From Bdellovibrionales bacterium (GTDB lineage Bacteria; Bdellovibrionota; Bdellovibrionia; Bdellovibrionales; UBA1609), in the NCBI GenBank assembly GCA_965219095.1, contig CBDCMT010000001.1, forward strand, positions 832,001 through 896,000: a DNA stretch of 64,000 nt. Reading direction: 5' to 3'. Both the position numbers and the translations under genes were made by a program. Positions 21,294 to 31,627 of this stretch are shown in pieces (positions within the stretch are counted from its first letter, which is position 1; each line of letters starts with the position of its first letter). The notes under the pieces are model-generated. The model was not told the DNA's origin. It worked only from the letters and a program-made list of their open reading frames with translations, and made no database searches.

Positions 21294-22379
21294 ATGTCAT
21301 TGTCTTTGAAAGATAGGCTATCATTTCTTAGTCTAAGAACAACACAATCAGTTTTATCTGTTGATATTGGAACGAGGTATTTGACTTTAGCTGAACTTAC
21401 TTTTACTAAAGACAAGCCTCAGTTAACTCACTTTGAGCATAAAGAACTTCCCTTTGAATGCGTTGAAGAAAGTCAATTAACTAACTTTGATACTTTGTCT
21501 GAGCTTTTAAAAGACATGTTTGAAAAGGGAGGGTTTACTCAAAAAAAAGCTATTGTTTCTATTTCCGGAGTAAATGTTATTACAAAGAGGATCACTGTTC
21601 CTAAGGTAGATAGTCATATGATGGAAACTCAAATTCGTTATGAAGCAGAAAATTATATTCCTTTTGAGATCAACGCTGTGTTTTTTGATTATTTTAAATT
21701 GAAAGATTCTTTGCAGAGTGATTCTATAGATGTCATCATGGTGGCCGTTTTGGACACTAAACTTCTTGAATTTTTAGAAATTATAGAAAAAGCAGGATTG
21801 AGATGTCTTGTTATGGACACTCCTTGCTTTTCCTTAGCAAATTGCTATCTTCATAATTATAAAGACATGGAAAGTGAAACAAGTCTTTTGCTGAATGTAG
21901 GCCATAGCTACACAAGTTTTTTAATATGTAGCAAGGGCGAACTTGTCTTTTCTAGAGATTTGCCTTTAGGAGGGCATGTTTATACTTCTGAGTTACAAAA
22001 GCAATATGGTACTTCTTTTCAAGAAGCTGAGGAGAGAAAACTAAAAACTTTAACAGATGATACAGCTTTAGAGGAGCAAAAACGGCTTTTTCAAATTCCT
22101 AATAACTTTATTGTGAGTGAAATTGAAGAGACTTTAAGTCATTTCACAGACTCTTATGGAAGTCTTTATGATCCTATTAAACATTGTTTGCTTACAGGGG
22201 GGGCCAGTCAAGTGCCAGGTTTAAGAGAAACTCTTAGTCACACTCTTTCTTTAGAGTGTGATTTTTTAGATGGCTTAAGAAATCTTAAGGCAGAAGGAAA
22301 GCTTTTAACAAATCAGTATATAAGAGAAATTAAGTTTATAGCTCCTATAGTTTTAGGCTTAGGTTTAAGAGGGTATTAA
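21294..22379 (+). CDS. pilM: Type IV pilus assembly protein PilM
   Basis: VDIG, EAENYIPF, LTGGAS, LGLGLR; operon position. Confidence 0.93.
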   Translation: MSLSLKDRLSFLSLRTTQSVLSVDIGTRYLTLAELTFTKDKPQLTHFEHKELPFECVEESQLTNFDTLSELLKDMFEKGGFTQKKAIVSISGVNVITKRITVPKVDSHMMETQIRYEAENYIPFEINAVFFDYFKLKDSLQSDSIDVIMVAVLDTKLLEFLEIIEKAGLRCLVMDTPCFSLANCYLHNYKDMESETSLLLNVGHSYTSFLICSKGELVFSRDLPLGGHVYTSELQKQYGTSFQEAEERKLKTLTDDTALEEQKRLFQIPNNFIVSEIEETLSHFTDSYGSLYDPIKHCLLTGGASQVPGLRETLSHTLSLECDFLDGLRNLKAEGKLLTNQYIREIKFIAPIVLGLGLRGY

Positions 22380-22382
22380 GCT

Positions 22383-23030
22383 GTGATTAAAATTAATCTT
22401 TATAAAAAAGCTCAAGATCAACTTGCTGTTAAAAAGATAAAATCTGGTTCAGATCTAAATTTAGAGTTATTCTCCGATGATCAAATCCACAAAGGGAAAA
22501 GTTTTGCTTCTTTAATTCCTAAAATATTGATTATACTCCTTATTCCAGGAATTTTAAGAGCTTACAGTTTTTATAAAATAACAACTTTAAATCGTCACAA
22601 AAAGATTGAACAAGAAAAGTTAGATGATATATTAAAAATCAATCGAAATTTGAGAGAGAAAAATCAAAAATTTAAAAGAGATAAAGCTAGAGCTGATGTC
22701 CATAAAAATAAACTTCTTATTTTCAAAAAAATTGCTTCTCAGAGACTTGATGAGGTTAAAACCTTAGACTTCTTACAAGAGGCTATGGTTGATGGTGTCT
22801 GGCTAAAATCAATCCGGTATAATAATAAAGACTATTCTTTGAAGCTTCTCGGCCTAGGTGATACTGATGATACTGTAAATACCTTTGTAGAAAGGTTAGA
22901 GAAGTTTGACTTTTTTAAAGAAGTTTACTTAACGAGTACTAAAGAGAAGGTTGTGGATAAAGTTGCAATTAAATCTTTTGAGATCAATTCAAAAATCACT
23001 CCCAATTCTCAGGGAAAAGAGGTAAAATGA
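22383..23030 (+). CDS. pilN: Type IV pilus assembly protein PilN
   Basis: MIKINL motif, TM segment, coiled coil, GVWL. Confidence 0.9.
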   Translation: MIKINLYKKAQDQLAVKKIKSGSDLNLELFSDDQIHKGKSFASLIPKILIILLIPGILRAYSFYKITTLNRHKKIEQEKLDDILKINRNLREKNQKFKRDKARADVHKNKLLIFKKIASQRLDEVKTLDFLQEAMVDGVWLKSIRYNNKDYSLKLLGLGDTDDTVNTFVERLEKFDFFKEVYLTSTKEKVVDKVAIKSFEINSKITPNSQGKEVK

Positions 23031-23635
23031 AAGATTTTCTCTTTTCCTTATCTTTTAGAGGAGCTTTTGTTATTAGTGTAGCTTTAGGGCTTGTTTATCA
23101 CTTTACTTTGTTTGATGATGGAAGTTCTATTGAGCAGAAAATAAGTATGATCAAAAAGGAACAGATATCAAAAAAAGAAGAAAACAAAAGACTAAATAAA
23201 GAAAATAATATTTTTAAAGAGTTATTAAGAAATAAGGAGCAGTTAGGTAAGCAGTTTCAGAGGTTGATTGGCTACATACCTGAGAAAGATACAGCTTCTA
23301 GTTATACGAAGCTTTTAGCAAACCAAGCAAAATTATCTAATGTTGATATTTTAAGTTTAGATAAGCAAAAAGAAATTGTTAGTAAGGATGGCTTGTATAC
23401 AACTCTCCCTTTTAAAATCAAGTTGCGAGGAACTTATTCTAGCATTGTTCTTTTTTTATCTTACTTAACAAAAGTTAATAGAATTATTAATATAGGAAGT
23501 TTTGAGATAAATGCTATTGTTGATCCAAAAGACAAAACAAAAAAAATAACTACTTGTACAGGAGATATTCTGACCTATAAGTATAATCCGGAAAAAGAAG
23601 AGTTATTAAAACAAGAAAAACAAAAAGGAGCCTAG
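23027..23635 (+). CDS. pilO: Type IV pilus assembly protein PilO
   Basis: LPFKIKLRGTY..RIINI; operon position. Confidence 0.9.
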   Translation: MKDFLFSLSFRGAFVISVALGLVYHFTLFDDGSSIEQKISMIKKEQISKKEENKRLNKENNIFKELLRNKEQLGKQFQRLIGYIPEKDTASSYTKLLANQAKLSNVDILSLDKQKEIVSKDGLYTTLPFKIKLRGTYSSIVLFLSYLTKVNRIINIGSFEINAIVDPKDKTKKITTCTGDILTYKYNPEKEELLKQEKQKGA

Positions 23636-24165
23636 TGAAAGTAAGTTTTATTTTAGCCATTTTATTTTTATTGTGTTTTGTAGCTTTTTCCGAAGAGCCT
23701 CAAAAAAAATCCTTTCAGGATACTAGTTTAAAGGACTTTAGTATAGATTTAGACATTCTTCTAGCTCCGTATAATTACTCTGCAGAGAACAGACGAGATC
23801 CTTTTGTTCGAAAAAATACAGAAGAGCTTTTGATAGAAGATGGTGCTACTTTAACTGAAGCTCAACAGTACACTCTCAGAAGCTTCAAGGTTTTAGGTAT
23901 TATATGGAATCATTGTTCTAACAAAAGTCGAGAATGTAGGGCTTTGAGTGAAAAATCCAGAGTTATGCTTGCAGATCCTAAAAATAAAATTCATTATTTA
24001 AGCAGAGGGGATCGTATAGGAAACAGAGGAGCCTATATAGAGGAGATTCGTGAAGGGGAGATTGTGGTTATAGAACCTTTTCGCAAAGGAGGTAAGTTGT
24101 ATTACAGATCTCGTATTTTAGCATTTGATGACTCCTCTAAGAAATCCTTTGTAGGAGGTGAGTAA
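23635..24165 (+). CDS. pilP: Type IV pilus assembly protein PilP
   Basis: RRDPF, VLGIIW, GDRIG. Confidence 0.9.
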   Translation: MKVSFILAILFLLCFVAFSEEPQKKSFQDTSLKDFSIDLDILLAPYNYSAENRRDPFVRKNTEELLIEDGATLTEAQQYTLRSFKVLGIIWNHCSNKSRECRALSEKSRVMLADPKNKIHYLSRGDRIGNRGAYIEEIREGEIVVIEPFRKGGKLYYRSRILAFDDSSKKSFVGGE

Positions 24166-25013
24166 TGACACAAAACTTTTTGATTCTTTCCTTAAGTGCC
24201 TTTTTGTTTTCTTGTTCTTCTATGAACTCTCATTATCTGCAAGTTGAAAAAGAAATGGAAGAAGGTTTAAAGTATCTTTCTTATGAATTGCTTTCAGATG
24301 AAGATAGACGAGAGATGAGAGATCTGGACAGCAAAAATATTGATTTAGAAGAGGGATTTTTTTTCATGTCAAATGCTGATGTTAAAGAATTAGCTGTTGA
24401 GATTGAAGATGATTTTCAATCTGAAGATTTTCTTTCCGATGTGTTTTTAAACACTTTTTCTCTTTCCTCTGTTTCAGAAGTTGATCTAGGACTTAGAAAA
24501 TCTTTATCCCAATCTTTTACAAACTCAGGGGATAGAGTTGAAAGTGGACAGGAAGAAGATTTAAGGCACTTAAAGCCTTTTATTCAGGAAGAGTTTTTTG
24601 AACTGCCTAGCAATGATCCTTCAGAACTCTCAAAAACAGAGCTTTCGAAAAGACAGAAATTTATAACTCTTAAAAGAGAAACAGAAAGTGAAAATTTTCA
24701 AGTCTTTAATGAATTAAACAAGCAACAAACTTCATTTTCAGTTCCAGCAATACCTTCTTTGCAAGGCATCCGTTGGTCTTATTATAAAAATGGAAAAATG
24801 AAAATCATTTTAGAAAGCGATCAAAAAATCAATTATAAGACTCAATTTGATTTTTATTCAGGGGAAATTTTCATTGATTTAGAAAAAGCAGTTTTATCTG
24901 AAGAGTTAAAGCAAAAATTTTCAAATAATAAAAACATTAGGTTATATGAAATTCCTAGTAAAAAGTGGGCTAGGGTGATTATCTTAAGGACAGGAAATAA
25001 CCAGAAGGATTGA
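24165..25013 (+). CDS. Acidic lipoprotein with AMIN-like C-terminus
   Basis: Lipobox LFSC; acidic region; IDLEKAVL..IRLYE..ARVII resembles an AMIN domain. Confidence 0.65.
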   Translation: MTQNFLILSLSAFLFSCSSMNSHYLQVEKEMEEGLKYLSYELLSDEDRREMRDLDSKNIDLEEGFFFMSNADVKELAVEIEDDFQSEDFLSDVFLNTFSLSSVSEVDLGLRKSLSQSFTNSGDRVESGQEEDLRHLKPFIQEEFFELPSNDPSELSKTELSKRQKFITLKRETESENFQVFNELNKQQTSFSVPAIPSLQGIRWSYYKNGKMKIILESDQKINYKTQFDFYSGEIFIDLEKAVLSEELKQKFSNNKNIRLYEIPSKKWARVIILRTGNNQKD

Positions 25014-27349
25014 TGATGAAAATGTTCAAGTTTATTTTAGTGCTTTTCTTTTTATCATCTTGTTCTTCTGTAAAAAAAGTTCAAAAAAGTTCAAAAAAAG
25101 AACTCAAGACTCCGCCCTCTTTATACTCAGATGATAAGGAAGAAATTTCTTTAGAAAATCAACAAGATCGTGAAGAGGGGGACCAAGATCTTGAAGAAGA
25201 TTTTGAAGATAATGAAAGTGATGAAGAGTCTTTGTTATCTGACAATCAGGAATTAAAAGAACTTTTAGAAGAAGATCAAAAAATACTTTCTCAGAATTCA
25301 GAGAATAAAACATCAAACACAGAAGAAACTTTAAACTTTGAAAAAGAGCAACTCGGGAAGGACGAACAGTTAGATGAAATCCTCTTAGAGGAGGAACAAT
25401 CAGAGCTTTCTAAAAAACAAAATGATAAGGGTTTAGATTTAGAAGATGATCTGGAAGATTTAGAAGTAGAACCTCCTTTTACAGAAGAAAAAAGGGAAGA
25501 AAACAAGATATCAGAAGACAGTTCGACAGATTTGGATAATTTAGAAGATTCACAAGAGGAAATTGCTTCTCAGACTATAAGAGTTAAGGCTATTAGGTTT
25601 TTTGCTCATAAGTCCCAGGGAACTGTTGTGGTTGACACTTCAACTCCTGTTGATCCTGAATCTTCTTTTAACCAAGAGACAAAACAATTTATTGTTAAAA
25701 TCAAACAAGCTATTTTAGATAAATCTGTTGAAAGGCCTTTGATTACAAAAGAATTTCGAGGGCCTATTTCAGCCATTCAAGCTTACCAAAAGGGAAATGA
25801 AGTACGCATTGTGGTTCAAATGAAAGATTCTATATCACCTTTTCTACAAACAGAAGGAACCTCTTTTCTAATCATACCCTCTTCTAGTTCTGAAACTTTA
25901 GCAGGTGAAGACTTAACAGACACAGAATCTAGTACCATTGAAAAAGAGATATCTCAAATTGAAAAGGAAGAAAAAGCTCGTAGAGGAAGCAATTTAGAAA
26001 ATGAAATAGTAGAAACATTTACTACAGATACAAACGATAAAAAAGCAAGGGACTTGATTCTATCAGCAAATTCCTTAGAAGACTTTCTTTTAGGAAAAAT
26101 AAAATTTTATGGCCGTCCTATTAGTATTGAAACAAAAAAAGATACAGACATTCGTACTATCATTGAGTTTATTTCTGAGGAAGTGAGTTTAAACCTTATT
26201 TTCTCTTCAGATGTTAAAGGTCAGGCTCAACTCAAACTCAAAAATGTTCCTTGGGATCAAGTTTTGATTACTTTGTTAAGAAACAATAAGTTAGGCTACA
26301 TTCGTCAGGGCAATGTCATTCGTATTGATACTTTAGAAAATTTAAAAAGCGAAGCTAAAAATTTAAAGGAGATTTTAGAAACAAAGAAGAGCTTAGACCC
26401 TATTACTTTGAGAGTATTGGCTGTTAACTTTGCTAAGGCAAGTGATATAGCAGGTCACGTTCAGGGGTTTTTAACACCTAAAAGAGGTAAGGTAGTTACA
26501 GATAATGAAACAAATTCTTTAATTGTTCATGATACGGAAGAGGTAGTTGCTAAAATACAGAAGCTTTTATTAGAGTTGGATCAAGCTCCACCTCAGGTGA
26601 TGATTGAAGCTAAGGTTATAGAAGCCTCAGAAAACTTTAGCAATAAACTAGGAGTTAACTGGAGAGCTTCAGGAGTAAGCTACCAATTAAGTGAAGATGG
26701 AGGCTATAAAGGTCGCCCTATAACACTTAGCTCTTTTTTAGATTTGAATTTAGCAGGCAATAATGCAGGTGCTAACCAGTTAAGGTTAAAATTAGGAACT
26801 TTAGACTTTTTAGGTAATTTAGATGCTCGGTTATTCATTGAAGAGGAAAAAGACAACGTGAAGGTGATTGCTGCACCTAGAATTTTGGCAATGAATAAAG
26901 TGGCATCTACTATCACTCAATCAGGGCAAGTTTTTTCAAGAAAGGTGACAACTGATACAGAGGGAAAAACAGAAAGTACATTTATTCCTAGGAATTTTTC
27001 TCTCAATATGTCAGTAACACCTCAAGTGAGTGCTGATGGTAGCGTGATCATGGATTTAAACATCACGCGTTCTTTTCCTGGAGCTGAAGTTAATGGAGAA
27101 AGTCCTATCAATACACGTTCAGCAAAAACCAAAGCGATTGTGAGGAGTGGTGAAACAGCTGTTATTGGAGGAATTTATCAAGATGATGAAACATTTAAAG
27201 TATCAGGAGTTCCTGTTTTGCAAAACATTCCTCTTGTAGGCTGGTTGTTTAAAAGTCAACAGAAAATTAAAGTGAAAACAGAGCTTCTGCTTTTCTTAAA
27301 ACCTGAAATAGTACCTTATAAGAAAAAAAATCTGACAGCTAAGTTTTAG
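25010..27349 (+). CDS. pilQ: Type IV pilus secretin
   Basis: NVPWDQ, QVMIEAKVIE, GETAVIGG, VPVLQNIPLVGWLF. Confidence 0.96.
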   Translation: MMMKMFKFILVLFFLSSCSSVKKVQKSSKKELKTPPSLYSDDKEEISLENQQDREEGDQDLEEDFEDNESDEESLLSDNQELKELLEEDQKILSQNSENKTSNTEETLNFEKEQLGKDEQLDEILLEEEQSELSKKQNDKGLDLEDDLEDLEVEPPFTEEKREENKISEDSSTDLDNLEDSQEEIASQTIRVKAIRFFAHKSQGTVVVDTSTPVDPESSFNQETKQFIVKIKQAILDKSVERPLITKEFRGPISAIQAYQKGNEVRIVVQMKDSISPFLQTEGTSFLIIPSSSSETLAGEDLTDTESSTIEKEISQIEKEEKARRGSNLENEIVETFTTDTNDKKARDLILSANSLEDFLLGKIKFYGRPISIETKKDTDIRTIIEFISEEVSLNLIFSSDVKGQAQLKLKNVPWDQVLITLLRNNKLGYIRQGNVIRIDTLENLKSEAKNLKEILETKKSLDPITLRVLAVNFAKASDIAGHVQGFLTPKRGKVVTDNETNSLIVHDTEEVVAKIQKLLLELDQAPPQVMIEAKVIEASENFSNKLGVNWRASGVSYQLSEDGGYKGRPITLSSFLDLNLAGNNAGANQLRLKLGTLDFLGNLDARLFIEEEKDNVKVIAAPRILAMNKVASTITQSGQVFSRKVTTDTEGKTESTFIPRNFSLNMSVTPQVSADGSVIMDLNITRSFPGAEVNGESPINTRSAKTKAIVRSGETAVIGGIYQDDETFKVSGVPVLQNIPLVGWLFKSQQKIKVKTELLLFLKPEIVPYKKKNLTAKF

Positions 27350-27444
27350 AGTAATAACAATTACAGAAGTTACACAATTTTTGTTTATAGACTCCACAAT
27401 TTCAGGTTCTTAGTTTACAGGCTCGCTACAAGGCTCAATTTATT

Positions 27445-27492
27445 GCCTCCTCAAAAGAACCTCCGGGAACCCACAGATTCTTTTGAGGAGGC
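27445..27492. repeat. 48-bp ISL3-terminus-derived palindromic mini-element
   Basis: GCCTCCTCAAAAGAA...TTCTTTTGAGGAGGC (15-bp IR); related to the ISL3 end at 2281-2304. Confidence 0.75.
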
Positions 27493-27995
27493 AAAACTTT
27501 CTCAATACCACAAACAACACGCTTTTTCTCCTCTAAAATACTGCCTGAGAACTGGAAATCTTTCTCACTCTTTTTTTTCTTCTCTTTCTTCTTCTTCTCC
27601 TTAGCCTTAGGCCTTTTACCATAAACTAGCTCCTCACAACCTGGAAGCACAGGATCTCTTTGATTCTTAATGTCTATGATCAACTCTTCTGCTAACTTCT
27701 TAGTTTTTTAACTTCCCCTTATCGTTTGCAAAAATACCCATAGAACGAATGGTCTTTTGTACGCACTTCCCCTTAAACCAAACAGACTCTACAATCCGTA
27801 CACTTTTTTTACCCTTAGACTTTGATGTTACTTTTATAAACATTCTTCAAAAAGGCTAAACAACTTTTGCAAGCTTGTAAAATGGGCCGGGGCCACAGAA
27901 CCGACCTAAAACCTGTGTATAACTCCTTCAACTAAAAGCTAGAAGTAAAAGAACGAAAATATTTTTTTAACTCACTGTGTTGTGTTGAAGTCAGG
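27493..27995 (-). mobile_element. IS1634-family left-end remnant with frameshifted transposase N-terminus
   Basis: End CCTGACTTCAACACAACAC; ATG 27843 MFIKV..VRIVES..KGKCVQKTIRSMG; matching other end at 53866. Confidence 0.75.
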
Positions 27996-28028
27996 AAAAG
28001 AATAATCCTAACTTTTTCTTTGCTAATA

Positions 28029-28648
28029 ACCCGAGTTTCGACTTTTATATATTGTTCAGAAGCTCCTGTTTTGAGTTTTAAGTTGAATGGAGGGTTTTTT
28101 AGGTTTTAAGCAATAGGAGATGAGAGTACCTAAAAGATTGATGACAAAGTTTTGTGGGCTACGATGGCGAGAATGCTCAAGATGAAACTCTCCTTTTAAC
28201 ACTCCAATCACTGTTTCCACAACAGAACGTTTTTTCAACATCAACTTGTCAAATAAGGGAATCAATTTATTCTTCATATTTAATTTGACGTTTGTAATAA
28301 GCTTAACTCCCTTCTTTAAAAGCTTTTTGAAAAGGTCTGATGAAATATAACCTCTGTCCCCAAAGAGTTTTCCCATCAGCCCTTTACTATAAATCCATAA
28401 CTTAGCTTTCGATCATCTACATTTCCCGGAGTTAAGGTAAAACTTAAAAGTTCTCCTAGGTGATTGATAACAATATGGAGTTTAAATCCAAAGAACCAGC
28501 CCATACTACTTTTGCCTCTTTTTAGCTAACTTTTAGAACACCTTATTTCGTCCTATTCTTTTATTTTTGAAGAAAAATCGATGTGGAATCAATAAATGAT
28601 ATGCCGGTGGTTTTACTCATAAGGCTTGTCGAGAAAAGAAACATCAAA
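28029..28648 (-). mobile_element. IS982-family 3' half (pseudogene)
   Basis: End ACCCGAGTTTCGAC; GWFFGFKLH, GDRGYIS, RHRS; near-identical to 54393-55429. Confidence 0.9.
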
Positions 28649-28983
28649 CTTTGGAGGTTTTCCAGGACGAGGATCATCTTCAAGAGCTTTTTTCAGCCCA
28701 GAATTCTCATAGTTTTTTTGGATGTTGAAAACAGTTCTAGGAGTTATCTCTAAGTAATCTGCTGTCTCTACGGCAGTTAATCTTTTGTTCCTTAAGTTTA
28801 GAACATTGGCTCGATATATGGCTCTTGGATTTTTAGACTTCTTTATAATTTTAAGAATTTCTCTCTTATCTTTTGGCTTTAATAAATTTAACATATGAGT
28901 ATTAAAACATAATAAAAAAAAATAAATAAAATGACCTGGATTAAAGGCTTGAAAATTGTGAAAAAAATTACTGGTCAGAACAC
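28642..28983 (-). mobile_element. IS630-A left part fused to IS982
   Basis: Near-identical to 4516-4855; junction at TTTGATG. Confidence 0.9.
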
Positions 28984-29100
28984 TAGTTTGTTTACAGGCC
29001 CAAGCTTTTTAAGAATCCTCTTCACTTTTATTTTCTTTTAGAACTGCTCTAGAATTTTCTGGCATACCTAAGCGATTTTGAGAAGCCTTTTCATTTTCTT

Positions 29101-30837
29101 TCATATACCTTGATTGCTTTTTCTTAAGGCTATAATTTTAGCACTTAAACCTATCTTACGGAATCCTGTATCAAGGCTCACAACTTCTGCTTTCAAAATA
29201 TCTCCTACTTTAAATTCATCTTCTGGGTTTCCAATTCTTTTTGTAGATAACTCGCTTATATGAATAAGTCCTTCAATGTTTTTATCAAGTTCTACAAAAA
29301 CACCAAAGCTTGTGATTTTTACAATTTTCACTTCACCTTGATGACCAATAGGAAATCTCTCAGCTACATCTTTCCAAGGATCTTGATCGAGTTGTTTGAT
29401 TCCTAAACTGATTTTTTCCTGTGCTACATCTAAGGATAAGACAACAGCTTTTACTATATCTCCTACTTTATAAAAATCTCTGGGCCTTTCTATACGTTTT
29501 TCCCATGAAAAATCAGACACATGGACTAAGCCTTCAATACTTTCCTTAATTTCTACAAACATACCAAAATCAGTTAAGGCTTTCACTTTGCCTTCTACCA
29601 CATGTCCTGGAGGAAGTTCTTTTTTTAGTTGAAACCAAGGACTTTCTTCTAATTGCTTTAAACTTAAACTAATGCGACGATGCTCTAAAGAGGATTCTAA
29701 GATGGCCACTTCCACTTCTTCCTCTAGTTTGAAGACTTGATTAGGTTTTTTATGCTTTCTAAACCAACTTATTTCTGTTACATGAATTAAACCCTCAACA
29801 CCCTTTTCAAGCTCTACAAAAGCACCATAGTCTGTAATTCGTGCAATTTTACCTTTAACTTTTTTCCCCTCAGTGTACTTTTCTACAATAGCTTTCCAAG
29901 GATCCTCCTGCATCTGTTTTAAACCTAAATTGATTCTTTTTAAATCATGATCAATTCTGAGAACTTTCACCTCTAGATCTTGACCTACATTAACAATTTC
30001 AGAAGGATGTTTAATTCTTTTCCAAGAAAGGTCTGTAATATGTAGCAAACCATCCACTCCTCCTAAATCTAAGAAAACACCATAAGTTGTAATGTTTTTT
30101 ACACGACCTTTTATAAGATCCCCTTCTTTTAAGTTACCTATATTTAAGGTTGTTTCCACCACTTGAAAAGATGAATCACTTTTACCCTCAACGTCAAGGG
30201 TTTCATTTAAAGCTTTTCTAGAAAGAACAATATTTCCTCTTTTTTTATTGAACTTAATGATTTTAAATTTTAAAACTTGTCCGATAAGGGTTTTAGTGCT
30301 TTTCATATAGGAAACGTCCATTTGGCTTCCGGGAAGAAAAGCTTTTACACCGATATCAACGCTTAAACCTCCCTTAACTCTATCTATAATTTTTCCCTCT
30401 ATCACCTCTTTGTTTTCTGAAGCTCTTTCAATATCATCCCAAACTTTTAAAACATCGGCCTTTTCTTTAGATAAAATCACAATTCCATTTTCATCTTCTA
30501 AAGAATCAATAAGAACTTCAATTTCTTTTCCAATTTCAATATCAACGTCCTTTTGAGGCCCTACACGAAATTCAGAAATAGGAATAAGACCTTCACTCTT
30601 ATAGCCAATATCCACAAGGACATAATCCTTAATACGATCAATAATTCTGCCCTTAACAAGATCCCATTGTTGCAAGCCTTTTTTAGATGTTTCTTCAAAA
30701 AGGTCTTTAAAAGATTCTTTAGACCGGTACTCAGAAACTTCTTTAGGTTCTGAAAGAAAGTTCTTATCTGCTTTATCTAACTCCTTAATAGCTTCCACTA
30801 ACTTTTCTTTTTTCTTACTCATTGTAAACGCATCCAA
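29101..30837 (-). CDS. rpsA: 30S ribosomal protein S1
   Basis: Six S1 repeats (DIGYKSEG, GLLHITDLSW); true start may be a few codons downstream. Confidence 0.97.
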   Translation of the reverse strand: MDAFTMSKKKEKLVEAIKELDKADKNFLSEPKEVSEYRSKESFKDLFEETSKKGLQQWDLVKGRIIDRIKDYVLVDIGYKSEGLIPISEFRVGPQKDVDIEIGKEIEVLIDSLEDENGIVILSKEKADVLKVWDDIERASENKEVIEGKIIDRVKGGLSVDIGVKAFLPGSQMDVSYMKSTKTLIGQVLKFKIIKFNKKRGNIVLSRKALNETLDVEGKSDSSFQVVETTLNIGNLKEGDLIKGRVKNITTYGVFLDLGGVDGLLHITDLSWKRIKHPSEIVNVGQDLEVKVLRIDHDLKRINLGLKQMQEDPWKAIVEKYTEGKKVKGKIARITDYGAFVELEKGVEGLIHVTEISWFRKHKKPNQVFKLEEEVEVAILESSLEHRRISLSLKQLEESPWFQLKKELPPGHVVEGKVKALTDFGMFVEIKESIEGLVHVSDFSWEKRIERPRDFYKVGDIVKAVVLSLDVAQEKISLGIKQLDQDPWKDVAERFPIGHQGEVKIVKITSFGVFVELDKNIEGLIHISELSTKRIGNPEDEFKVGDILKAEVVSLDTGFRKIGLSAKIIALRKSNQGI

Positions 30838-30963
30838 ATCTGTCCTTTCTCCTTTCTGTCAACAACTACTAGAGTGTATACAAGGTAAGACTACACAATA
30901 GTGGCAAAACAATCAACTTTTTTCTTCACACCCTATTCGTCCTAAAAAACCTTCAAACAAAGT

Positions 30964-31626
30964 TCACTTAAGCTCATTTAATACCATAAGATGTATATGT
31001 TTTACAACTTGCTCAAACTCCATAGAGCTTGTATCAAGAAAAATGGCATCAGAAGCCTTTTTTAAAGGGGCTATATTACGAGTTTTTTCATTTTGATCAC
31101 GAATTTTCTGATCCCTTATAACATCTTGATAAGACTGGGTTTTTTCCCAAAACCTTCTTTCTGCCCTGCTTTTGATGGAGGCTGTGAGATAGAATTTTAA
31201 GAGGGCTTGACGCTTGAAGACAATAGTTCCGCAGTCCCTTCCCTCAGCCACCAAGCCTTTTGAGGCCTGCTTTAGGGTTTGTCTTTGAGGCTCCAGTAAA
31301 AAATCTCTTACCTTAGGCAGTCTAGCTATCATGCTGGAAAGAGTTCCTATTTCCAGACGTCTTAAGCTTCTTTCTGAAATTTCTTTGTCTTTATAGAAAA
31401 ACTTTGTTCTCTCCGGACTGAGTTTAATAAGCCATTTCACCTTTTGAAAAAAACAAACCAAAGCCTCTTGATTTTTAATATCAAGATGATTTTCATGAGC
31501 GATAAAGGCAAATCCTCTGTAAAAGACTCCTGTAGAAAGCCAACTCCATGACAATCTATGGGCGAGTTCACGACTTACAGAACTTTTTCCAGAAGCTACA
31601 GGTCCGTCAATTGTTACAATATACAT
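30964..31626 (-). CDS. cmk: Cytidylate kinase
   Basis: TIDGPVASGKS, EGRDCGT. Confidence 0.95.
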   Translation of the reverse strand: MYIVTIDGPVASGKSSVSRELAHRLSWSWLSTGVFYRGFAFIAHENHLDIKNQEALVCFFQKVKWLIKLSPERTKFFYKDKEISERSLRRLEIGTLSSMIARLPKVRDFLLEPQRQTLKQASKGLVAEGRDCGTIVFKRQALLKFYLTASIKSRAERRFWEKTQSYQDVIRDQKIRDQNEKTRNIAPLKKASDAIFLDTSSMEFEQVVKHIHLMVLNELK

Positions 31627-31627
31627 C

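Noticed and set aside
29009..29103. Possible frameshifted acidic tail of rpsA (..ENEKASQNRLGMPENSRAVLKENKSEEDS)
   Set aside because: All S1 repeats are complete and the alternative frame is too short to support the claim.
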